Below are positions 1-14,562 of a stretch of 64,000 nucleotides of DNA, piece after piece. This DNA comes from Raillietiella orientalis (lineage: Eukaryota): assembly GCA_036172245.1 (NCBI GenBank), contig JAYWIR010000007.1, forward strand, positions 2,108,001-2,172,000, given 5' to 3'. Numbering within the stretch: position 1 is the first letter of the stretch; each line of letters begins with the position of its first letter. The translations under genes were made by a program, and so were the position numbers. The notes below the pieces were generated by a model, which did no database searches, was not told where the DNA came from, and saw nothing but the letters and a program-made list of their open reading frames with translations.

Positions 1-210
1 GGGGTTCCGTGTGGACGTCGGAGGGGGAGGACAGGGGTGGCGAAGTGGGGGAGAAAGAGGCGCGGGGGGAGTCCCTGAAAGTCGCAGCCACCCCTCGGCG
101 TTCTTCACTCGTTTTCGCGGCAGAGCAGGAAGATGTGGTCGAGGAAGGGGGGGGGGAGCATCCCCTCCTTCGTCCGGATTTGCCTCATTGCTCCTTTCTC
201 TCTCTTCCAG

Positions 211-480
211 ATGCGGATGTGCTTCCTGGTGACCTTCCTGGCGCTCTTCTACTGCTGCCTGGCCGTGGACGAGTACAACAAGCGGCTCTACAGGTCGGAC
301 GTGGACCACTACCACGCCGGCGACCGCGCCTACAGCAAGGTCCGACGCAACTACAAGCCCGTCTACGCCAACTACGACGACTACTATCACCAGAAGAAGC
401 CCTACTACGAGCCCGGAGTGTACGAGGACGCGCAGGCCACCGTGGACATCGTCCAGCACCCCGACGGCTTTGAGTACTCG
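211..480 (+). CDS. Exon of a small secreted Tyr/Asp-rich protein (possibly cuticle-associated); downstream exons not resolved
   Basis: Acceptor tctcttccag directly before the ATG at 211; signal-peptide-like MRMCFLVTFLALFYCCLA followed by a Y/D-rich segment (YANYDDYYHQKKPYYEPGVYED); strong C/G third-position bias; donor GTAAGG at 481. Confidence 0.55.
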
Positions 481-3400
481 GTAAGGAGCTCAACCCGAGA
501 GCGCGGGGAGGAAGAAGGGGAGGAGGAGAAAGAGGAGACGGAAGGAAGGAAGAAGGAAAAGGAAGAGGAAGAGGAGGAGGAAGGAAGAAAAAGAAAAAGG
601 AAGAGAAGAAGAGGAGGAGGAAAAGTTTCCTTTTGTCCTGCTTCTGCTTCCGCTTGTCTGGGAGACAGTATTCATTTGCGTGCGCTCCCGCTCCCAACTC
701 TTTTCCCCGTTCCTTCCACGAAGAGCGGTCAGCCGAAGCTCTGAGAGACGCCTCTCTGTTTCCCTTCGTTCCCCAGGACTTTCTGAGCTTCTCCTCAACA
801 TCCCCAGAGGGAAATGGAGGAGGGAGGGACGCACAGCACCCTCTTTCACTGCCGTCCAGGAAGACAGGAGAGGGTATCTAAGCAACCGGAGCTTTTTCTT
901 TCTCTCTCCGTCCCCTTCACTTCCACTGGAGTGTCTCTCCCTTCCGGAACCGCAGGCCGTCGCCCTCCCTTCCCGGAGGAGACGAGATCCCCACGTTCGG
1001 AAGCGTCCTCACAGCCTCCCTGCCAGTTCTCTCGGCGCGCACGACGGACCGCGGGCGCAGTCTGGCGGCACCACTCTCCAATCCTCGGTGGAGTCTGCTT
1101 CCCTCTCCACGATTCGCTAGGAAGAGCAAGGAGGAGCAGGAATAGGAGGTCGGTTTCCCTTCCCCCCCTACCGGGGTAGCAGTGTCCCAGGGGCACTCCC
1201 CCACCGCCTCCGCTGATGCGAAGAAGGTCCTGGTAGTGCGCCAAGCGCCCTCGTCCCCTGCCACCTGCATCCCCCTCGGTCTTTGGCTCCCAGAATGCAT
1301 AGGAGGGGACACAGGAACGCAATTCCGGAACGGGAAGAACAATGAGTTCTCTCTCCATCCCCCCAGAGGCATTCCGTCTCACGCTCCCCCCATTCGAGGC
1401 GGCTACGGTGGGGACGCGCTCGTGGGAACCTTCTAGTCCAGCTGTGGGTCATCTTCAACCTTAGGCCGCCGTCTCCACCTCCACCTGCCGAAGAGTGGGC
1501 ATCTCCTCCCGCGAGAAAAAAGCTACTCCTCTCAAGGGCCTGCGGCGCGATGGTGGGCAACGACGGCCATCCACGTGTCGCGTCGATCCGCGTGTCCGTT
1601 CCACGACGTCTCCTCCTCCTCCCACCTCGCGAGTGGACCGAATATCTTCCATCGGCCTCACGTCCGCTAACGACTTGGATTTTTTGGCTTCCGGAGGGCC
1701 CAATTACTGGCCCTATTCCGAACCGGATGTGAGGCAACCTCGTCTGCGGAACGGATTGCAGCCAACTGGGAGAGGGGGGACTCAGGGGCCGGGGGTGGTT
1801 CGAGGAAGGGAGTGGGCAGGAGAGCGCGCGAAGGAAGGTTCCTTTTGGCTCTTCCAGCGACACGGGGTCTTCGGGAGTCGTGACAGGCAGGCGGGAGCTC
1901 CTTGCGCGACGCGCGTCCCTTTCGCGCGTCCCCGCCGTCGCCATCGCCGGCAGGCAAGAAGCGGCCGCAGGAAGAGCAGGACAGGAGGAGGAGGAAGTGA
2001 ACGTGCACGGCCGGCTCCCTCCGCCGGTCGCTCCGAGGAACCGCGGGCGAAAGCGCAGCTCGCGCGCGAAGGGTGCGAGGTCTCCCGCGCGCGATGCCGG
2101 GCGGACGCGCGCGCGCGCGCGCAGCGTTTCAAAACAAGAAAGGTTGCACCACTGCTAATGGTGCCGCCTCTTACGATCCGCTGCTGCCCAATTTTCGCGT
2201 TGGTCAATCGGCCGGCTGGCCGCCGCCTGGGCTGCTTCCACACCTGAGGTCGGGGTCCTCCTCCCCCCTCCCCCCCCCCAATCGCACTCGTGGCTTTCCC
2301 GTTGCGGGGGTCGGTAAGGAGCGATGCCCAGCGGCGCGGATCCCCGGCTCGCCCGCTTTCCTCCCCGACGGCCCTGCGAAGGCGGGAAACCCGGGAAGGC
2401 CTCGCCCCCCCTCATCCCCGCCTCCCGGGCGTCCGCCTCTCTCCGAGAAAGGGGGGAGCCAGAAACTCGCGGTGAGAAATTGCCGGCTGTTTGGTTTGGA
2501 GCGATTACCGTCGCGAATGCGGCGCGGGCGGCTTCCGCCGTGCGGGCCGCTCCGGAGGCGATTACGCGCTTCTCCAGGCGCTTTGTTCCCGAAGATCTCT
2601 CTCCGGAGGATACCTCGTGTGCGGAAAACTGCGAATTAGCTCGGAACGCTTCACAACAGGAAGCTCAATGATTTCTTTTTCATCACGTTCTAATTGGCAA
2701 TCTTTTTCTTTTTCCTTCTTTATTTATGAAACCATTACACAAGCAAATTGCCCGCTTGTGGTCCTTGAGAGTATTTTTGGAAAGTCTTGTTTTCGTTGCT
2801 TTTGAAGGATGCTGATTTGAAGACTTCGTGCAGGATTAGAAGAAGGAGAAGAAGAAGAAGAAAGCCAGGGAAAAAGAAAACAATCGCCAAGATTGGGCGA
2901 TTGCGACACCTAGGCAACCATTGTTGAAGGAAGGAAGGAGAGGGGGGAGGGGGAGAAGAAGAAGAAGATATTCCTCCTTCAGATGACAGCATTCCACTGA
3001 AGTGTTTTGAAACTGCCAATTAAGGCAGACCGCAAAACTCGCTTTTGATTTGGTTGGGGGGGGGGGGGGAGGGGGGTTACGGCACGTTCACGAGAATGCT
3101 CGAAAGAACGAGCCCGGATCCAAGGAGTGGGCGTGAGAGTCTGCGCACGCCCACTCCTTGGATTACCTTCACTGAGGAATCGGAGTTGTTTGCCTGCTTG
3201 TCGGGATTCATCGGAGCGCCGAACGGCACTCGTCCCCCCCCCCTCTTATAAGGGTCTACAACCCGAGTCTTTCATGACATCACTTCTCGGCCTTTCTTCG
3301 GCGGGGGCTGTTCGATTCGAAGCAGCCGGGGGGTGGGGTGCCGCGAGCCTCTCTCTTCCCCCTCCCCCCCTCTGGCTGCAGCTCCTCCGCCGAGCGAACC

Positions 3401-6400
3401 TTGGACAGCCGCTTGCGGACCGAAAACAGCTGCAGGAGCGGTGTGCGTCCGGGACGGCACACGGCTGTGCAGCTTCCGACGACTTGCTCGGTCCACATCG
3501 CATTCACCCACCCTCTCTTCCATTCCAGGTCGTGAACACCAACAAAGCGGGAGTGTCCACCATCCGCAGGACTCAACAGTTTCTGTCCAAAAACCGCAGC
3601 TACAAATGAAAGACGACGCTTCCTTGCCTTGAATAAAAGAAGGGGGGGAAAAAAAAAAAAGAAACGTTTCTTTTTTTTGTTTGGCTCGCGTGCTACCCTT
3701 GGGCGCTTGGCATTTTTAGGAGACGCGGTCCCGCTCAACTCCAGGGCATCGAGGGCTTCCGTGGCTGGCGCACCGCCTGGGTCACCCGTCACCAGCGGGG
3801 TTACTGCGCTACGCACGCGTTCCGCCGAGCGACCGCTATCTCCCTTTGCGATGGAAATCAGATGGTTTTGCCTGCCAAGTGCGTAACCAGTGGATGCAGG
3901 CGTCGAGCACATCAAGCTCGAAACATCCCATCATCATGTGTCTTAAACCTTTCCGAGAAGGATCAACGCGACGTTGCTACGCAACGATCTACTTGAAGCA
4001 CGTCGCAGAGGCGTGTGAACTTTCCGGCTTCATGGTTTCGGCTAAATTTGTGGTCCATGCGTCTAACGGTCGAGATCCTCCTCGCGGTTTCCGCATAAAG
4101 CGATCCGATTCGTTATTGGTGCTCATGCTTTTTTCCCATGTTTGTCGGAAGCTAGAGGCAGGAACGCAGATCATGTGGTAAGCGTAGGATTTGTCCTTTC
4201 CCTGCCATCTAGCGTTCGACTCGACAAGTCGATTTTTCCGATTTATATGAAAGCACGCGAAGCTTGCGGTGAAGTATTCCACTTTTTCGATGCAACTCGA
4301 GCTGTTCACTACGTGCGTGCATGCAAACACGACGGAATCGAATTGCATGGATTGCCCCCCCCCCCCCATCCGTCCTTTCACCCCTTCTTCAGAAACGGAT
4401 TCCCTTTCACGGAAGAGATGAACTAATTTGATTCCCCTGCCCACGCTAAGCAAATCTTTGCCTACCGAGGTGCGGATCCGCGCTCCTGCTCGCGGAAACC
4501 TTGGGTCACTTGCTCGAGTTGCCCGACAGCAGTGGTCCCCGGAACGCCATTTTCACTTGATGGGAGGTCTCTGCTTCGTCTGCTAGAGTGCTGCTGACCG
4601 GATTTCCCGGAGCGGCCGCCCTCGTCCAGCAGCCCAGCAGGCACCCAGGGCTGCAGGCCGCCTTTCGCTTCGGTCTGGTGCACTTCGGAAGTGCCGAATC
4701 AAGATGCCCGGTGTCAAAGGCAGGCGCGGTTTACTGGGAACGAGCTACCGTTAACCACGTGGGCTTCGATGACAGGATCCGTTCCTCCTTTCGGTTCCCT
4801 TTTTTTTCCCCGGCTTTTTCTTCCTCCACCGCCAACTGCTTTTCCGCACGCGGCCCCCATCGGGCACCCAGCTGCCAGGGTGCGCTGGAGCCGCCCGGCG
4901 CCGGAAACTTTCCGCGCTTCTCCGTCGCCAAGTGAGACGGCTCGGAGACCGAGCACGTGGGGTTCACCTTTCCGGCTCCGCCTGACGCTGCAGGGTGGTC
5001 GCGGTGCCAACCACCCTGCCAGCGGACCTGGCCCGCCGCAACGAAGCGGGGAGGGCAGCCTCCTGCTCGCCCCGGATCTCTGGAAGACGGGAAGGTTCTC
5101 CTCGAGCGCATAAGCATTCCCTAAGGCGCCTTCGCGAGGTGGGACGGCCACTGGTCGTCTCCCGCAGGGAAAAAAAGAATCGCCTGTGGCAGTTACCTTC
5201 CCTGGGTCCGAGCACCACCCGGACCAGCTGCGGGGTGGATTCTCTCCTCCCCCCACTCCCCTCGCCTCCTCTCCGTTGGTCAGCAGGCACCCTCGGGATT
5301 CCTTAACAGCTGGATCTCCAAAAGTTCCCACCCGCTCCACGAGGAGTCACGCAGGCGGGAGACACCAGGAAGCTCCGAAGCTGCTGCCACTCCCACAAGA
5401 ACTCTTGGAGGGGACGCGCGACCCCTGCGCCATGGGACGGGCGCGCGGCCTCGTTCCCGCCAGACGAAGGTCCCGTAATGAAGGTGAAAGAACTCGCCTG
5501 GGAAGAAGGGAGGAAGTCCGGGAAGAATCTCCACCTCCTCCCCCGCCGGGCCTCTCGAGCCACGTCGAAACGGTCGAAGGAACGGTGCGATAAACCGGCG
5601 ACCCGGGTCACGTGGTCTCTTACTCGGGAGCTCTGGGAGCCGGCCGCAGCCCATCCCTGGAGCACGCCGGATGCAGTGCTCCGGAGCCAGTATGGAGACT
5701 TGGGGGGGGGGATAATCACAGTGGACATCGAGCGCCCCTTGGGGCACGCGCGAGAACGGAGCTGAGAGGGACGAGGCCGGAAATGGCGAGGGAGGAGCGG
5801 CTTTCCGCCTCCTCCGAAGGTGAGGAAAGGATGTCTCCTCCTTCCAGGATCCTCGACATCTTCGGACCCAGAAGGAGGAGAGGCGGTGGGTTCGGATGTT
5901 TCCAGCATTTCCGGGATCTGCGCGGAGAAGCGTGGACCGGAAGTTCCGGCATTCCCCTAGCAGGGTTCGGGGGCTTGGTCGCGAGCTCCCGGACCCCGCG
6001 GTCAGGGAACAGCTGTCCGGCAGCCGCAGGCACGGCAGGGAATCCCTCCTTCGCCTCCCTCCTTTGAAGGTGCGGCCTCCGAGGAAGCGCCTGTGGGAGA
6101 TCGGTGGCGCACGTGCGGCGGTGGCGGCGTCCCAGCACGAGCACCGCCAGCCGACGGGCGCACCAGCATTTTTTTTTTTTCTCCGCCTTCGCGCGGAAGC
6201 GGGCAGGAGGACGGAAGGGGGGAAGGGGGGGAAGATCACCAGTACCAATTACCCCTCGACGGGAGTCCCTTTTCCATCTGCGGAGGAAAGAAGTAGGGTG
6301 GCGGATTCTCCTGACGGGAGAGAAAGGGTGGAAGGAACGTGGAGTCAACCGAAGAGGCGATCTCTGGCGGCAGCGACTCCGCGCGGAAGAGGCGAAGAAG

Positions 6401-9400
6401 CCTCTTCGGCCTTTCCCATCCTGAGTCTTTCCCGGGACCTCCCGGGAAGGACATTTCCTCCGGAAGAGGAGCAGGGAGAAGAAGAGGTGCCGCACGGCTT
6501 CCGGACGAGTGCCCTTCCGAGGTCGGGATCGGGACTCGGACGTGAGGACGGAGGAGCAAGCGCTTGACGCGTCGCAGTCCGTGTCAAAGGTGAGCAGCGC
6601 GAGGAGACGGAAGCAGCGGAGGGAGGGGAACCAGAGGGCCGACCTCCCTCTGTTCCCAGCTAAACCAAGACGCAAAAGCGAGAGGCGAGCCATATACGTC
6701 ATCCCCCCTCCCCCTCGGGGCTTTTTCCTTTGGCGCGGTGCCTTGCAGGACCGGCGACTGCGAGCGAGAGAGCGGACGGGCGGAAGCGAAGGCGGACTCG
6801 TGAAGTCAGGCCGCGCCGTCTGGGACGAAGGGGCCGACCGACTCGGGGTGCGCGCGCGCCCCGTGGTTCCCGCCTGCGCTTCGTCCCAACTCCTCGGAGA
6901 ACCCCGGCCTCCGTTCCCCGCGCGCGCCTCCACCCCCACCCATCCCTGCCCGTCGCCAAAGCGCGTGCTTTCGTGTTCCTCCACCTGCGTCACGAGGAGG
7001 GCGGAGCGTCTCCCGGGACTCCGCCTCCAAGGACGGACCACGCCTTCAGGAAGGTCGGGGGAGACCTTTCCACGCGGTATCCGCCCTCCTTTCCGGGAGC
7101 GGGCTCAAAGAGCGCGTGAGCCGAGCCGATCGGTTGCAGGGGGCAATACCGCCCCCGCGCCCGGCTACCATGCTCCGGAAACGACTCGGTGCCGGCGCTT
7201 CCCTCTGCCGCGCATCCCCACCCGCACAGGGGGAGCGGCGGTCCCCGATCGCGCTTGCCCCCTCCTCCTCCTTCCTTCCCCGTCTTCCCGAAGTTCCGTC
7301 CGCCTTTTCGTCTCCATGGCCTCCAAGCTCGCGTTTGGAACGGCACCAGTCCCTGATGGAGTCCCCAGGATGTCCGTCACACAGCATCATCCACTGGGAT
7401 GGAATGTCCACCAGCACGCCGACTGCGTTCCAGGCGATCAACCCCGCAGTCCTGGTTCCGTGTTTTCTTTTCGGTTCCTCTCACCGTCCAGGGGGTGCAA
7501 CGGAAAGAGGAGGGGAATGTGCAGGGTGCCACGGAAACCCGCCACCGAGTATTCTCTCGCTTCCACCTGTGCTTCCGGGTGTATCTTTTTTTCGCCTTAC
7601 GCTTCTCCGTTCCACTTCGAGATCACGGAGAGCATATCGGGCGCACCTGGGTCGAAAGTGACCTCCTTCTCGTAGCTGGCTCCCCCTCCCCTCCATCCGT
7701 CGGGGTGTGTCTAATTGATGGGAACCAGCCTTGAAGTCCGCTTCGGAATTTCGCCGCCTTTCAGTCCCCAAAAACGACCTTTCCACGGCCCCGATCCTTA
7801 AGCGAACGCCCCCTCCCCAGCACGGCAAGCGTCCCCCAGGAACACGCCCACGAGCGTTCCTGGAAAGGCACCACCGCGTGCTCAGGCATGTGGTGATGCG
7901 GGCGTGCGCCTCATGGTTCGCAGTACCGCGCGCCGCTTTCGGAGTCCAGTGCGAGCAGCGTGACCGTCCCAACCCCACCTTCGACCCCCTCCCTTGTGCT
8001 CCTCTGGAGGACGATGGACGAGCGCCTCGGTTGACGAAAACTGCTGCTGGGGAACTCTTCTGGAACTATAGGCTGGTGGCGCGGCTTCACCTGCCCCCCT
8101 TACTCCCCCTCCCTCCTCTATCCATGTACATACTCTTTCCTCTCGCTTCCCAGGGTCCTCCCCATCGTATCTCCATCGACAGGAGCAGAATTTTCCTTCG
8201 TCTTCTAAGGAGGATCCACCACTGCCGCGCTTTCTTGCCTGTGCTCTCGCAAGATCGCGGTCCGCAAGCAGGAAGACGAAGAGCCGCAGGAGCCGTTTGT
8301 CCCGGCTCCTCAGCTTCGGCAAAGGTTATCATTTCGCGCTCCCTTTCTTCTCCCTGTTTCTCCCTTCCACCTCCTTCCCTTGGAGCCAGGTGCCGGATCA
8401 GCCTCCCACCCCCTCCCTTATTGGTCCGTTTTCCGATCTTCGAAGATCGTCTGACGGTTCTGCATCTTCTCCGTCCACAGTGTAGTAGCTCTTGGAACTC
8501 ATTGAAGCCGATAGCCTACGTGATGGGACCTCCCCCCCCCCCCTCTCTCTCTTTCTTTACAGAAAAGAACGTCGGCAAGGAAACGAAGAGAAGCGCCGCT
8601 CCTGCTTTCTCCCCATGTCTTTGTGTTTTCGTGGCGTAGGTTTCCCGGGAAAAACTCGGCACGTTTCGTCATGCACGAAGGAGGGCACGCGAGAGAGACC
8701 TGGACTCGAGCAGCGGGATGGGATGCCAGGAAAGACTTTCTTAAGTCCCCTCGTGCAAATGCTTCTGCTTTCCGTGCGATGAGTCCAAGAGAGTTGGTCT
8801 GCAGGAAGGAAACTTTCCAGAGGGTCAGACGGAGGACACGTCGAGAGATTTCCAATGATGGAAAGGAAAAAAAAAAAAGAGAAGCAGAGTTCTTCTTTTG
8901 GTTGGGTGGTAACAACTCGATGGGATGAGCTGAGATGCATTCTTAGGCTCCCAGAAGACATTCGGGGTGCTCGATGCCAAAGGACCCAAGACGGCTTTCG
9001 AAACTTTCTGGGGTAGAGCAGAGAATCGTCGATGGCACGAAAAGGAACCGAAAGGGTCCGCCCTTTGGGAGATCGCCCTTCTGCAGCAACAACTGGGTAT
9101 TCGACTGGAGCAGAGTCCAAGGTTGATGATGGGAAAAGTGAGAATTCGCATGATAGTGAGAGTCCTTCCGAGTGTCTGAAATGAACTCATTAGAAGTCAT
9201 GTGTAATTTGATATCATTATGGATTCATTTGATGCGACAGCTGATTGCGAATCCATGCTCCTTGTGCGTGAAAGTCCTTTCTTCCATTACGACTCAAACT
9301 ATCACATCAGGTTTTTTTTTTTTTTTTTTTCCAGCGGATCAACCTGATATTGCGCGATGGATTCATCTGTAATGCAGAATGGTATAAGCACCTACGCACA

Positions 9401-10636
9401 ATAAAGCACATTGGGAAAGCCACTGCAAAATACCGTACGAAGAGAAGCGTACCTCGGAAAATAACGTCCACCTTGTTGGTATGCTTAGTGGCATTAAAAA
9501 TGCTGGTGCTCATGATGAACAAACCGTTCTGTCAACAGATATGCTATGTTATGGTTTCAAGTTCTCAATGATGCTTCGAGCTTTTTTACAGGTGATCTTT
9601 CAAGCACTTCATGTTCAAAGCATGCAAAATTATGACCGTTTCTACATCGTTAAGTTGTTTCCCAAATATCGATTTCTGATTTGGAACAGAAAAAGAGTCA
9701 CCCGTTTTGCTTTGACTCGTAAATGAACAAGGGACATCTTGTATTTGCAATCATGTTTCATACCCGAACATTCATGTAAGGGCATACTACATAACAGTTT
9801 TGGATCGGCTAAATCATCTATTTTCAATACACGTGAAATTCATTGTATCCTTTATTTTTTTTCCTTTTCTAAACAAGATTTGCTTGTCTCTAAAACTTCC
9901 TTTTGTACTGAAGCAAAAAGGAACCTAAGCTTTGCAGATGTCACATCATAAATCGCCGCATTTCATAATGGTCCTAAATGCATCCTGCGGTAGAAATCCT
10001 TTTGTTTCTAATTCACCAAGGACTCTTCCGTCATTCGGTGACAGAAAGAGTTTATTTACGTGTGCATTAAAATTGGATGAAAAAACTCATTTTATGCGTA
10101 TCCAGAAAGATGGTTACTATGAATTCGAAAACAAACAAACAGCAACATTCCCATGAGGATTCCACTGCTATGGTTATGTTTCGATCGATATTCTTTGATA
10201 CGTAGTATTTAGAAGAAGAGGAAAAAATCCGGCGTAGAGTCTTTTTGCAATACTGAATACAGCACGGATATGAGTGTAGAATATCAAATGGAATACCAAC
10301 ACGTGTAGTTTGGCAATTCTGACTTGTCAGAATGTGGAAGGATCCGAGCGTATTTCGGGGGAGGAGGAGGAGGAGCGGGGGGGAGGGGGACGACAGCCTC
10401 GAGAAATCGATGTCATCAACCGAGAATGCGTGTGACTACCAGATTACATACATGCTGCGCCAGCATCATGCACTGTGTTATTTCAACCCGCACTTCCTCT
10501 GCCGGTCCATTGTTAATGATTCGTCTTCGCACTTTCACGTTTACGCATTACTGCACGCGCTGTGTTTCCATCAGCAAAGCATCGCGCGGTCGATGCGCAA
10601 AGCGAGCGCCTGCGTGCAGTGGCTACGCGCGGCACG

Positions 10637-11173
10637 ATGTGTGTGGAAAAATGTTCCACGAATGAAGTGGCCAATGCCGAAGTCACTCCCGTGATCTATG
10701 AGAATATCGCAGATTACGAAAGCGATGATAACTCGAACCAAGTACGGAGTCTAGATGAAAGAAATCTAGATGGATACATGCCTTTGCGTTCGGAGGAAAC
10801 GGATATAAATGAAGTGATCGACAACTCGAACGAAGCGGAGGTAAATGAGGCGACGAAACGAAACTATTTGTACTTAAAAAGAGTTGTGAAATAGCTTTAT
10901 AGTGAGGGCATTTTGAAATTCTCTGATTTTTTTGCCTTTTTTTTTTTTTAATGAAACGTACATTCACATGTTTTAATTGCAATTTTTGGTCATTTTCAGA
11001 CACCCCAAGATGATCAGTTAAAGCTTGATACCATGAAGATCGAGGTAATAAAAAATTGCATGGCGAATTTTACTTTACCATCTTCATCATTTCCTAAATG
11101 GGCAAATGAAGTTCCGGAGGAAATTTGGAAAACCTATTTATTAGAAAACTTGAATAACCTGAAGAATTCATAG
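10637..11173 (+). CDS. MEA1: Male-enhanced antigen 1 family protein, two exons (10637-10840, 11000-11173)
   Basis: Acidic N-terminus with GYMPL; phase-0 GT..AG intron; C-terminal block KIEVIKNCMANFTLPSSSFPKWANEVPEEIW matches the MEA1 motif pattern; AATAAA at 11175-11180. Confidence 0.75.
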
Positions 11174-11280
11174 CAATAAAATGGAAAAACATATTAACAG
11201 TTTCCTTATGGAGACAGTGGAATTATCACAGATTTCATTTCATATCACAAAATCCAAGGGATTGTCAGGAAAATAACTTC

Positions 11281-14200
11281 TTAAACTTCCCCTAAGTGAA
11301 CCACATGTATGCTGTTTTCTTGATTTTGATTCTCATCATCACTTTGATCTGTGCATAGATTTAGTGATGATATATCTCTTGTTACCTGGCGAGCATCGGA
11401 TATTTCATGCTGATAAGCTACATACATGGTCGTTTATTTTTTTCATTTTTTAAGAATTTACTAACCTTGGTCAAAATGACTAGTTGTAGCAATGCTTGCA
11501 GCATGGGAAATCCAGCCATTTGTCAAAAGAGTATTATTGTTTGCGAATTTGCCATAAAATTCTCGTTTCTTTTCTTTTAAATGATTCATATCCTTATGAG
11601 AAGAATCAATTTCATCATTTGCAGTCATTTGTGTCAGCTGTTCAAATTCTGTTTTTGCAGCTGCAGCCAGTTCAAAATGTCCGTGTTTCTGTGCAAAAAT
11701 GCTCAGAATCAAAAACAATTCAGGATCCTGGATATCCACGGCAAGTTGAAAGGCCTTATCCATCAGATTTTCCCTACTTGAAATGAGTGCCTCTGTACTA
11801 CAACACACTAACCTCAAGCACAGATAAAAATAACGCTTCATCAGCTGCTCCACTGAATTTTCACATAAGTCTAAAACGTGTTTGCTGTGAGGAGTGGGTG
11901 GAAGATAGAAAACACCCAAAGCATCTTCAATGTTAGCTGGAATGTGTAAAATGAATATCTTGATTCATGATTCCTGTGTGCACTTACCTTGAACTGATGA
12001 ATCCATTGGGTGAATAAGGAACAATTGATGGACTAGAAGAACAAGGCAACCACAGGCAACAGCAGTGCATGATTCCCATGGCAAACAGGATAGCAGGCCA
12101 ACAGCACTTTGCCATTCTGCATTCATACAATATTGCTTTGTGAGATCCAGAGGACTTAATTGTGGAGAATAAAAAGGATTCAACTTTAATCTGAAGGCTA
12201 CTAGAGGACCATGGTGAAACGCAATAACAGCCATTAAATTTGTGGAATGTGGTGAACCTGTACAAACTATGCTGCATGAACTAGGCCAGTTTATGGATTG
12301 TAGAACTGGCTGACAACTACAAGAATAACAATATGCAGAATAGCAATTCTTGAAGTGTTTTCATACCAGAAATGTGCAGATAAATCATAGCAATAAACAG
12401 AATTGTTACATATATCCACTTTCAGCTTTTGAGGTTCTAAGGACAAATTGAACAACTCAATATGCCCTTTTTGACTACCTGACATGAGAAGAGCACCATC
12501 TGGATGCCAACACAAAGAACTAGGTACCTATGTATCATTTCAAAGTGGCATATGTGACATCTTTATAACACTACCTGTTGTAAGGAAGCCTTCAAGGTCA
12601 AATCATTGCTTTGACAGTACACTAATAAGTCTCCGTTTTCACAACCAAGTGCTAATCTTTCCTGATTAGGACTAAAGCAAATGCAGATAACGGGAGCTTG
12701 CAACAAAATTATGACTACACAAGTCTGATGAACTTGAGACACGTCCTCTGTAAACAAAGACCATTCCCAGTAGTACAGTTTAATTGTTCCCTAAATGATA
12801 CCACAATGCTGTACATTACATCATGCCACTCACTGTACTACACAGCTTTTGCTCTAGAAGAACTAAAGTATCAGAATTCTTTTGACGAAAAACAACATGC
12901 AGCAAGCATGGGCCAGTGGACAAACTATGATCTAACTGAAGACTGCTACTGATATATTATTTCATGCAATTATTTGAATTGCATAGTCACTATTTTTCAC
13001 CTTCGCCAGCTGTAAACCAATACGTTAGCTGAATCATGGTCTTGAAGTGTAGGGCTCCAACACATTACTTCTTTTGTAGCTTCCCACCATATCACCACCT
13101 TGCCTACATGAAAATCAATTCCTACATCCACTGAAAAGTACCTGATTGCCTGCAGGACTGACAGAAAGATTTTTTTTAACCCTCTTAGTGCTAGGTCCAG
13201 GGAATACAGCAGCATGCAATACTGAATCTGAAATTGACAGCTTTTCGGCTGAAAGCTGTGTCAGCTTGTTTTTTTGTAACTTAAAACCAAACAGCTTGGG
13301 CTCATAGTTGCAAGAGAAAATGAAGTTCTCTGTTATGATGCCTATAAAATAAAGCCTTCTGAATTTTGCAGTTATTGGCTTTCACAGTGATAAGTTCCAA
13401 TTAAATATGGATTATCAAACAAAAAAAAGAAATTAATTACCAAATAATTTTCTCAAATGATTTTCCAGTTCACATGGTTCTTAAGGTCCATTCACACATG
13501 CATGTTTACTACAAATAACAAATACCAACCACACTAAAGCGAAGTTAGCTAGGTGTTAGGAAAGAATTTGTCAGTAAGCAAGCCAAAATAGTGCTCTCAT
13601 CAAACTGCAGATGCGTATCAGTTATTCTCAAACAATTACTCACAGTCAGTGAGAGGTCCTGGGATTTTCAATTGAAGACACTTCTCAAAGTGAATTTTTT
13701 CAATATCTCCCACTTCACAATTTACTTTTATTATAACTATAAGTCCTGAGCTCAGTACACATTGAAACACATCAGGCTGCTTAAAACTGCATGTAATTAT
13801 TGTGCTGGTATTAAGCTGTTCCTATTTCAGCGAAAACATTAATTGCACTGCTGTCAGACGTAGACTATCAGTATAAATATTAAAAACTTAAAAGGATTCT
13901 CATTTGGCCAAGATTTAGTTACGTCCTAAGATATTTCCCAGTGTTTGGAATGAAAGTTTTCAACGCACATGTATTACGTAGGTCTAGCAAACCAAAAGAA
14001 ATTACCTCTAGTTCAATAAGATTGTCTTTTAATCTATTAGACCACTTGTTTTTCGGAGACCACAGAATCCCTTTCTTTTCACAGTATTCTTTTTTTGCTG
14101 CGTAAATAGAATTTTCAGGAACATCTTGCTTCTCATAGTACCTAAAATTGGGAACCAGGTGATCCATATACTCCAAACAAACAAACAGTGTGGTGAGCAC

Positions 14201-14562
14201 AAAAAGCTGCTGATCATTATGTCAGTCTGAGTGTCAGTAGTGTCCGTAAACAAGAGCTTAGAAATAGTCACTAATTTGTGGTCAAATCGCAAGCTTTTGG
14301 GTTGTGGTGCGAAAATGAAATCAATGAATAATAAATAACACTACTATTGCTTACGCATATACGACCTCATGTTGCAAACATTTACTGATAAGCTGAGCAA
14401 ACAAAATGAACATCCACCAAACATTCAATTTTTTGAGTGGGGGAGGTTTACCCCAAACAGTTTAAAAACTTCACGTGTTTACCTATAAATGTTACTCGCT
14501 CCTCCGGTCTTAATCGCTTTCTCTAAAGTCCAAAAGTGGAATTCAAGGGTGAAATATGACAT
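11281..14562 (-). CDS. WDPCP: WD repeat-containing planar cell polarity effector (fritz), multi-exon
   Basis: First exon 14483-14562 MSYFTLEFHFWTL; next exon YYEK..KKEYCEKKGILWSPKNK..RLKDNLIELE; CWHPDGALLMSGSQKGHIELFNLSL; LGVFYLP; KAFQLAVDI; C-terminus HVVHLGEV-stop. All are characteristic of fritz/WDPCP. Internal exon boundaries not all resolved. Confidence 0.88.

Noticed and set aside
900..9100. Many long overlapping ORFs (for example 5716-7041 and 6509-7675)
   Set aside because: Arg/Pro/Gly-rich translations with homopolymer runs, typical of GC-rich non-coding DNA; no recognisable domains
9330..10160. Exon-like segments after polypyrimidine-AG sites
   Set aside because: No coherent reading frame or recognisable protein
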